A DNA stretch of 63,850 bases, the filler included, from Reclinomonas americana ATCC 50394 (lineage: Eukaryota), in assembly GCA_048213135.1 (NCBI GenBank). It is 9 parts of 4 records of this genome, joined end to end, with 100 filler letters (N's around TTAATTAATTAA, not from the genome) between each part and the next. Parts side by side here need not be neighbours in the genome. Positions count along the whole stretch, not along the records: positions 51,206 to 57,289 come from PS015727.1; positions 57,390 to 61,106 come from PS015727.1; positions 61,207 to 63,850 come from PS015727.1; 6 more parts are not named here. The stretch is one strand, 5' to 3'. Below the pieces are notes generated by a model. That model searched no databases. It had not been told where the DNA came from and saw nothing but the letters and a program-made list of their open reading frames with translations. Each line of letters begins with the position of its first letter. Position 1 is the first letter of the stretch. The translations under genes and the position numbers were made by a program. Shown here piece after piece: positions 55,201 to 63,850 of the stretch.

Positions 55201-58200
55201 TTTCTCTTCCTCTTCTTCTTCTCTCTCTCTCCCTTTCTCTCTCTCTCTCTCTCTCTTTCTTCCTTTTCCTCTCTCTCTTCCTCTTTCTCTTCTCTCTCGC
55301 CTTCTCTCTGTTTCATCTCTTCCCTTCCCAATTTCCCTCCTCTCTCCCCTCCTCTCTCCCGTCTCTCTCTCTCTCTCTCTCCCCTGTCACCTCTCTCTTT
55401 CCCTTCCNNNNNNNNNNNNNNNNNNNNNNNNNNNNNNNNNNNNNNNNNNNNNNNNNNNNNNNNNNNNNNNNNNNNNNNNNNNNNNNNNNNNNNNNNNNNN
55501 NNNNNNNNNNNNNNNNNNNNNNNNNNNNNNNNNNNNNNNNNNNNNNNNNNNNNNNNNNNNNNNNNNNNNNNNNNNNNNNNNNNNNNNNNNNNNNNNNNNN
55601 NNNNNNNNNNNNNNNNNNNNNNNNNNNNNNNNNNNNNNNNNNNNNNNNNNNNNNNNNNNNNNNNNNNNNNNNNNNNNNNNNNNNNNNNNNNNNNNNNNNN
55701 NNNNNNNNNNNNNNNNNNNNNNNNNNNNNNNNNNNNNNNNNNNNNNNNNNNNNNNNNNNNNNNNNNNNNNNNNNNNNNNNNNNNNNNNNNNNNNNNNNNN
55801 NNNNNNNNNNNNNNNNNNNNNNNNNNNNNNNNNNNNNNNNNNNNNNNNNNNNNNNNNNNNNNNNNNNNNNNNNNNNNNNNNNNNNNNNNNNNNNNNNNNN
55901 NNNNNNNNNNNNNNNNNNNNNNNNNNNNNNNNNNNNNNNNNNNNNNNNNNNNNNNNNNNNNNNNNNNNNNNNNNNNNNNNNNNNNNNNNNNNNNNNNNNN
56001 NNNNNNNNNNNNNNNNNNNNNNNNNNNNNNNNNNNNNNNNNNNNNNNNNNNNNNNNNNNNNNNNNNNNNNNNNNNNNNNNNNNNNNNNNNNNNNNNNNNN
56101 NNNNNNNNNNNNNNNNNNNNNNNNNNNNNNNNNNNNNNNNNNNNNNNNNNNNNNNNNNNNNNNNNNNNNNNNNNNNNNNNNNNNNNNNNNNNNNNNNNNN
56201 NNNNNNNNNNNNNNNNNNNNNNCAGGTCCTTGCACATGCGGATCTGAAATGGAGAACAAGTGGAATGAGGGAGAGAAATGGAGAAGGGGGGATGAGAGGA
56301 ACGGGGAAGAACGCGAGAAAGGAAGGCGACGAGAACGGAGAAGAGAGAGCGAAGAGTGGAGAAGGGAGGAAGAGACTATTAAAGAAGAGAGAAGAGGGAA
56401 CGAAGGAGAATAAAGAAAGAGGGAAGATGAGAGGAATGAAGGAGAGCAAGTGAGAGTGAGAGGGATGAAAGAGAACGCAGAAACGAATGCTGTCACGCGA
56501 CACACACTGTGCACGAGAACTTGAGCAAACAGAACAGAAGCACACAAGAAAGAGGGAGAGTAACGAAAACACAGTCAAACAAAAGATGCCAATCAACAAT
56601 TGAAGTGAGAGACGGAGAGCACACAAGAACACAGCCAGACAAAACAAAACTGACACACAAACTAGCGCACTAGTTCTCTATTCTCCCTCTCTCTCTTTTC
56701 CTCCCCCACCCACTCACCTGACGCATGAGCTTGTACTTGTAGCGGTACATGCCGGTGAGTTGACCGACATGAGCCAGGGTGTACTGGATGCCGTCGGCCA
56801 GCTGGAACGCGTCGACATTGCCGAGGCGGTACTGGACATTGGCGTCCACCAGCAGCTTCATCAAGCGCAGGATTTCACGACACAAGTGGAAGGCATTGCC
56901 GAAGCGCGACTTCTTGCGCTCCTTGGTCGTCAGCGTCTTGACTGGCTTCAAATTGAAGTTGTAGTCCAAGTGCAGGTAGTTGAGGTTCTTGCGGTGGATG
57001 AGCAGGTTGAGCATGTTGTAGCCCTGGCGCGCCACCTGCAGGCCGACCTCCACCCAGTCGAGCGTCGTCTGCTGGAAGAACTTGGTCTGGCGGAAGGCCT
57101 TGAACAGGAACTTCTTGCGCAGCGACTTGGGCGGCTTGTGGTGCAGCTCGTTGAGCACGTAGCACTTGAGCAGCTTCTGGTACGACACGCGGACTTTGAC
57201 CGGGTACTCGCCAGGCGGGCGCTCTTGGTACCATGCCTGGGTGGGTGCGGGGCAAGGGATGAGAAGGGGGGACGAGGGAGGGAGATGGGNNNNNNNNNNN
57301 NNNNNNNNNNNNNNNNNNNNNNNNNNNNNNNNNTTAATTAATTAANNNNNNNNNNNNNNNNNNNNNNNNNNNNNNNNNNNNNNNNNNNNTCTCCGACTCG
57401 AGGCCCAGCGCCTCCATGAACGGCAGGGTCGCCGCCAGTGGCAGCACACCTTGCGAGAAACGGGACTGGAACTGCACCGCAGCGCTCGGATCGGACTGAC
57501 CCAGCTGGTACACGCTGTCCGCCGACGCAATGACAAACGGCTCCGTGCGCTTGGCGGCGTAGAACTCGCCGTTGCTGGCGGGCACTGTGGCACCCATGCG
57601 CACGTACATGTTGTGGTTGTCCGTGGGCGTCAGTGACACATTGTCGCCGTCTTGCATGACAATCAGGCGGTGCTTGTCCGTGTTGGTGATCAATCTGTCG
57701 GCCGTGATGGTGTGGTACTCCAGCTTGCCGTCGACGTAGCAGGCGACACGCAGCTCCTTGTGCTCCTGGAAGTGCGCGCGCACGTCGTCCAGCGAGTAGA
57801 AGCCGAACTCGGTGAGGACCTCGTGGTCGAGCGGGAAGCAGTTGAAGCGGTAGTAGATCACGTGCTTNNNNNNNNNNNNNNNNNNNNNNNNNNNNNNNNN
57901 NNNNNNNNNNNNNNNNNNNNNNNNNNNNNNNNNNNNNNNNNNNNNNNNNNNNNNNNNNNNNNNNNNNNNNNNNNNNNNNNNNNNNNNNNNNNNNNNNNNN
58001 NNNNNNNNNNNNNNNNNNNNNNNNNNNNNNNNNNNNNNNNNNNNNNNNNNNNNNNNNNNNNNNNNNNNNNNNNNNNNNNNNNNNNNNNNNNNNNNNNNNN
58101 NNNNNNNNNNNNNNNNNNNNNNNNNNNNNNNNNNNNNNNNNNNNNNNNNNNNNNNNNNNNNNNNNNNNNNNNNNNNNNNNNNNNNNNNNNNNNNNNNNNN

Positions 58201-61200
58201 NNNNNNNNNNNNNNNNNNNNNNNNNNNNNNNNNNNNNNNNNNNNNNNNNNNNNNNNNNNNNNNNNNNNNNNNNNNNNNNNNNNNNNNNNNNNNNNNNNNN
58301 NNNNNNNNNNNNNNNNNNNNNNNNNNNNNNNNNNNNNNNNNNNNNNNNNNNNNNNNNNNNNNNNNNNNNNNNNNNNNNNNNNNNNNNNNNNNNNNNNNNN
58401 NNNNNNNNNNNNNNNNNNNNNNNNNNNNNNNNNNNNNNNNNNNNNNNNNNNNNNNNNNNNNNNNNNNNNNNNNNNNNNNNNNNNNNNNNNNNNNNNNNNN
58501 NNNNNNNNNNNNNNNNNNNNNNNNNNNNNNNNNNNNNNNNNNNNNNNNNNNNNNNNNNNNNNNNNNNNNNNNNNNNNNNNNNNNNNNNNNNNNNNNNNNN
58601 NNNNNNNNNNNNNNNNNNNNNNNNNNNNNNNNNNNNNNNNNNNNNNNNNNNNNNNNNNNNNNNNNNNNNNNNNNNNNNNNNNNNNNNNNNNNNNNNNNNN
58701 NNNNNNNNNNNNNNNNNNNNNNNNNNNNNNNNNNNNNNNNNNNNNNNNNNNNNNNNNNNNNNNNNNNNNNNNNNNNNNNNNNNNNNNNNNNNNNNNNNNN
58801 NNNNNNNNTCGAGTGCAACGCATTCCTGGCACTGTACGGCTACTGGCTGGCCGACGGCTGGCTCGACTTCGCCTCCAAGTCGGTCGCTTTCGGGCCCAAG
58901 AAGGCGGTCTATTTGGATCAGCTCTTCTCGGCGCTCCAGCGCGTCCTGCCGCTCGACAGTGAGAATGGCGTCGCGGTGGACGCGAAGCAGCGCCACTACA
59001 CCATTCGCAACCAGGCATGGTGGCACTACTTTGCTGACGAGTACGACGCTGCGTGCAAGCCGGAGTCGACCAAGTGGTTCTGCCAGTGGGTGCTCCGCAG
59101 CCTCAACATGGCACAGTGCCGTCTGCTGCTGCAGGGCCTGTGCGTGGCGGATGGCGACCGCGGCAAGATCGGCACATCGTCGCCGCGCTTCCGCGATCAG
59201 TTGATTCAACTGTGCCTGCACGCCGGCTACAGCGCGTACTTTACCGTGCAAGCCGGCACCTACGACGTGTGCTTTGGCGACGAGTGCACCGTGGCGGAGC
59301 CGAAGCTGACCATCTCGTCGGAGGTCACGGAGAAGGCGTACGACGGCACGGTGTGGTGCGTGACGGTGCCCACTGCGCAGCATCTCATTGTCGTTCGCCG
59401 TGTTCTGGAGCGCGAGGGCGACATCATCACCAAGGCGTCGCAGCCGCTCATTGTCGGCAACACTGGACCAGTCGGCAAGGGACCTGGCTGCGGCTTCTGG
59501 GCGCCCATGTGGCGCGTGTGGCTGTTCTTCATGCGTGGCGTGGTGCCGCTGCTGGAGCGCTGGCTCGGCAACTTGCTGGCCCGCCAATTCGAGGGCCGTA
59601 CACAGAAAGGCATTGCCAAGACGGTCACCAAGCAGCGTGTCGAGTCGCACTTTGACCTGGAACTTCGTGCCGCCGTCATGCACGACATTGTCGACATGAT
59701 GCCGGAGGGTATCAAGGTACACTACCTGTCCCTCGCCTTCCCCTCTCCCTCTGTCCCTCGCCTCACCCCCCTCTTTTCCCTCTTCCCCCTCTCGCAGAGC
59801 AACAAGGCTCGTGTGATCCTGCAGCACTTGTCGGAGGCGTGGCGCTGCTTCGCGCCGGAAACGCGCGTGCGCATGGCGGACGGCAGCGTGAAGGAGGCCG
59901 GCAGTATCGCCATTGGCGACTGCGTCCTTGGCGCGCAGGGCGAGAGCCTCAAGGTCAAGGAGACGATGAGCGGCATGGACGCCATGTACCGCGTGACCGT
60001 GCTGCCCGACAAGAGCAACCACGACGACGCGCAGTGGGAGTTTGTGGGCGACAGCTTCTCGTGCAACTCGCGTCACGACCTTGTGCTCGTGGCACCGAGC
60101 ATGGACACCGACGCCCGCGTGATCCACGAGGCGGAGGCGCGCCGCTTCATTGTGCGCTACGCCGAGGTCGCGCCGTACGAGGGACCCGCCAGCGTCGACG
60201 ACTCGATCGTGCAAAAGTGCCGCATCTTTGCCTACGCTGACGGTCTGTTCGCGTCGGAGCAGGAGGCGCTGGCTGCGGCCGAGGCTTTTTCGGCCGAGTG
60301 CGAGAAGCGGGGGCCTGTCGTGTGGACCGTCTCCGCGGCTGGGTTCGTCTCCTACGCGGAGCACCACCCCACCTTGGCGAGCGAGATGCGCATGGTCCGC
60401 GCGGACAAGATCGAGCTGCGTGGCTCGAGCGAGGACGCCGACATCAGCAAGCTCGTCGCCAAGTTTGTGACTGCCGACGACGGTTGCGAGCCTGTCGACG
60501 CGCACGACGTCGGCTACCTGCTGGGCCTGCACCTCGCTGTCGGCAGCGCCACTGGCGCATCCTTCTTTGTCGGCGAGCACGAGTCTGCCATCCTGAGCCG
60601 TCTGGACAGTGTGGCGCCCCGCCTGGGTCTCGCGTGCAACCGCGACTCGCAGTCGGGCATGCTCGAGGTCCGCCTGACGGGCTCCACCGAGGAGAACTCG
60701 CTCATGGCCGTCTTCCGCGGCCTGGGCTACCTGCCGGAGACTGGCAACAAGGTCGCCTCGTCCGACCTCGCCCGCAACCTGCTGGCGCAGCCGGCAAGCG
60801 TGCGTCGCGCCGTGCTCGCTGGCCTGATCGACGGCGACGGCAGCCTCGAGGCGTGCGGCTTCGCCTTTGTGCAGAGCACGCACCACGACACCATCATGTC
60901 GCTCTTCCAGGACCTGGCGCGCAGCGTCGGCCTGCTGTGCAACGTCTACCGGTGCACCGCCGCTGTGGAGTCGGCGCATGCCGTCGCGTGTCGCCTGTCG
61001 GGCACCGACGTCCACGGGATCCCCTGCGTGCAGAAGCTCGTGTCGCAGCATGAGTGCGGCGACAGCAGCTGCGTGCCGTTCTCCATTGAGCGTGTCAGCG
61101 AGCATGNNNNNNNNNNNNNNNNNNNNNNNNNNNNNNNNNNNNNNNNNNNNTTAATTAATTAANNNNNNNNNNNNNNNNNNNNNNNNNNNNNNNNNNNNNN

Positions 61201-63850
61201 NNNNNNAACACACACAGACTCACCAGTTGGGGAACAGGTGGCGCTTGTCGGCCTCGTACCACAGGTACTGGTCGAGGTAGGCGTCGGTGATCTTCTCCAG
61301 CGGGTCCACATCGTACACCGGGATCATGTAGTTGAAGAGATCCATGAACTCAATGTTGACCTCCTTGAAGGCACGCTGCGTGAGCAGGTGGCGCTTGATG
61401 CGCGACAGCGCCTCGTGTGGGTTGTCGTACGCCTGCTCCACCAAGCCGAGCTCCTCGCGCTGCGACTGGTTGAGACGCGCCTTGACGTTGTAGGCCTCAC
61501 GCAGACGCTCCAGTGCCAAAATCAGCAGCTTGGTGTCGTGCTTGTACGACAGCGGCGGGAACGGAATCGGCGAGAACTTGCGCGACTCGAGCCAGTGCAC
61601 CATTTGTGTGTAAATGGCCACGGCCTCCTCGGGCGTCACGTACGGTCCGTCCTTCAGGTAGTTGTGCTGGCGCTCCTGCTCGGCCTTGAGCCAGAGGCGA
61701 GTGAGGCGGCCCAGGTTCTTCTTGCACACCTGCACGACGCGCGGAAACCCCAGGAGAAAGTCAGCAATGCGGAGAGAGAGAGAGAGAGAGCGGGGACACA
61801 GGTAAGAAAACGCAACAGTCTTGTCGACAGTGGCACCACGGCGAATGCGCTCGCGGTTGTAGTGCGCCGTGTTGGTCCACCAGTCGGCCTTGGTCTTGAC
61901 GTAGCGGAGAATCATGTTCTCAATCGCACCCGGCAGGCCCGGCACCTTCCACGGAATGTTGGCCTTCCAGCAGTTGTGCACCACGAGCCAGCTCTCGAGC
62001 AGGAAGTAGGGCGAGCCGTGCAGCTCAAAGCCAACGTACGGCGNNNNNNNNNNNNNNNNNNNNNNNNNNNNNNNNNNNNNNNNNNNNNNNNNNNNNNNNN
62101 NNNNNNNNNNNNNNNNNNNNNNNNNNNNNNNNNNNNNNNNNNNNNNNNNNNNNNNNNNNNNNNNNNNNNNNNNNNNNNNNNNNNNNNNNNNNNNNNNNNN
62201 NNNNNNNNNNNNNNNNNNNNNNNNNNNNNNNNNNNNNNNNNNNNNNNNNNNNNNNNNNNNNNNNNNNNNNNNNNNNNNNNNNNNNNNNNNNNNNNNNNNN
62301 NNNNNNNNNNNNNNNNNNNNNNNNNNNNNNNNNNNNNNNNNNNNNNNNNNNNNNNNNNNNNNNNNNNNNNNNNNNNNNNNNNNNNNNNNNNNNNNNNNNN
62401 NNNNNNNNNNNNNNNNNNNNNNNNNNNNNNNNNNNNNNNNNNNNNNNNNNNNNNNNNNNNNNNNNNNNNNNNNNNNNNNNNNNNNNNNNNNNNNNNNNNN
62501 NNNNNNNNNNNNNNNNNNNNNNNNNNNNNNNNNNNNNNNNNNNNNNNNNNNNNNNNNNNNNNNNNNNNNNNNNNNNNNNNNNNNNNNNNNNNNNNNNNNN
62601 NNNNNNNNNNNNNNNNNNNNNNNNNNNNNNNNNNNNNNNNNNNNNNNNNNNNNNNNNNNNNNNNNNNNNNNNNNNNNNNNNNCGTGTGTCTGCCCCTTGT
62701 GTCTCAAATGACAGTCTTCTCACTTGATTCATTCTCTCTTTTTCTCTTTCTCTCTCTCAGGATCAAGCCGGCCGATTCCGAACCCGCTCCGCTGCTGGTG
62801 TACAAGTGGTGCGCCGGCATCAACAACCTCACCGACGTGTGGGACACGTCGTCGGGCGAGTGCGTCGTGCTAATGGAGACGACGCTGGAGAAGATGTACG
62901 AGAAGATCGACTTGACGCTGCTCAACCGCATGCTGCACCTCATCATGGACCACAACATTGCGGACTACATGACGGCCAAGAACAACGTCGTCATCTCCTA
63001 CAAGGACATGCAGCACACCAACTCGTACGGCATCATCCGTGGCCTGCAGTTCGCCTCCTTTATGGTGCAATTCTACGGCCTCATGTGCGATCTTCTGCTG
63101 CTCGGTCTTGGCCGCTCCAGCGAGATTGCCGGCCCGCCGAGCTTCCCCAACGATTTCCTGGCGTTCCGCGATGTGCACACGGAGACCAAGCACCCCGTGC
63201 GCCTGTACTCGAGGTGAGTGGATTGGAGGAGCAGTGCCAAGGCACATTCACGGTTGCGACCTTCGTTTTTTCTGTTTTCCCTTCTCCTTGCATTTACTTG
63301 CCACTTATCCTTGCATTTTGTCGCCACTCCTTGCACTCTCTCGCCTGTCCTTCCCTTTCTTCCGTCTCCCCCTTCCCTTTCTTCTCTTCCCCTTGTCTTA
63401 CTTCCTCCTGCCTTCTCCTTCCTCCTGCCTTCCCCTTCTCCTCCACTCCCCTTCTCCTCCCTCCCCCTTCTCCTCACTTTCCGTTCCACCACCAGGTACA
63501 TTGATCGCATCCACGTGCTGTTCCGCTTCACGGCGGAGGAGGCCCGCGACCTCATCCAGCGGTACCTGACGGAGAACCCGGACCCCAACAACGAGAACTT
63601 TGTCGGCTACCGCAACAAGAAGTGCTGGCCGCGCGATTCGCGCATGCGCCTCATGAAGCACGACGTCAACCTCGGCCGTGCCGCCTTCTGGGAGATGAAG
63701 AACCGCCTGCCTCGCTCCATCACCACCTTTGACTGGGACAACAGCTTCGTGTCGGTGTACAGCAAGGACAACCCAAATCTGCTCTTCTCGATGGCCGGTA
63801 CGTCACTGGATGCTCCACCGCCATTCTCCCGGTCTTTCACGCCTTTGGCA
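52216..63850 (+). CDS. PRP8: Pre-mRNA-processing-splicing factor 8, 5' half (continues past the window), containing two inteins; contigs 56223-57289, 57390-57867 and 61207-62043 are inverted in the scaffold
   Basis: Near-invariant Prp8 motifs: [136 protein letters not shown]. Confidence 0.98.
57390..59461. mobile_element. PRP8 intein 1 with LAGLIDADG homing endonuclease, about 368 aa (57840->57390 on the minus strand joined to 58809->59461 on the plus strand)
   Basis: In-frame insertion between YYRFN and TGPVGKG. Block [15 protein letters not shown], block B TDNHNMYV, blocks [11 protein letters not shown] and LQGLCVADG, block [13 protein letters not shown]-terminus PLIVGN followed by Thr. 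Confidence 0.93.
59846..62043. mobile_element. PRP8 intein 2 with LAGLIDADG homing endonuclease domain, about 444 aa (59846->61106 on the plus strand joined to 62043->61973 on the minus strand)
   Basis: In-frame insertion between LSEAWR and CWKANIPW. Block [15 protein letters not shown], block [12 protein letters not shown], block [11 protein letters not shown], block [11 protein letters not shown], blocks F/G YVGFEL…[11 protein letters not shown] followed by Cys. Confidence 0.95.

Noticed and set aside
59717..59797. 27-aa and 29-aa (61730-61816) apparent insertions in Prp8 ORFs
   Set aside because: GT..AG-bounded, pyrimidine-rich 81-nt and 87-nt introns that happen to be in frame and stop-free; not mini-inteins.
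57338..61105. 1255-aa minus-strand ORF and similar long antisense or N-spanning ORFs
   Set aside because: Antisense shadows of GC-rich coding sequence read through N gaps.
56223..62043. PRP8 pieces on alternating strands suggesting trans-splicing, split inteins or scrambled genes
   Set aside because: Every strand switch coincides with an assembly gap and the ends join seamlessly in frame, so contig mis-orientation is the simpler explanation.

Overview
Draft scaffold of a gene-dense, intron-rich, GC-rich eukaryote, probably a protist; the taxon cannot be fixed from this window. It has many N gaps, artificial TTAATTAATTAA linkers and several mis-oriented contigs. About 24 spliced genes or gene fragments are recognisable: a UBA-UAS-UBX p97 adaptor, a KCTD-type BTB protein, a dsRBD protein, a RING-less MAT1, an FHA-Macro-HIT-ZnF aprataxin, a RING/TRAF zinc-finger protein, SPCS3, a CNMT/CFA-type methyltransferase, a START protein, two tandem DUSP-UBL genes, a solo ABC ATPase, a divergent kinase, a membrane protein, PIG-V, RanBP1 and the 5' half of PRP8. 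The main result is in PRP8. Once three inverted contigs are flipped, it carries two full-length LAGLIDADG inteins (about 368 and 444 aa) only 101 extein residues apart in its N-terminal (PROCN) region, at YYRFN|TGPVG and SEAWR|CWKAN. Neither is the classical fungal PRP8 intein site, and the two look like unrelated intein lineages. A recurrent GTTGCGT 5' splice-site motif, intronic minisatellites and a dispersed repeat were also seen. Gene boundaries were spliced by eye and are approximate.
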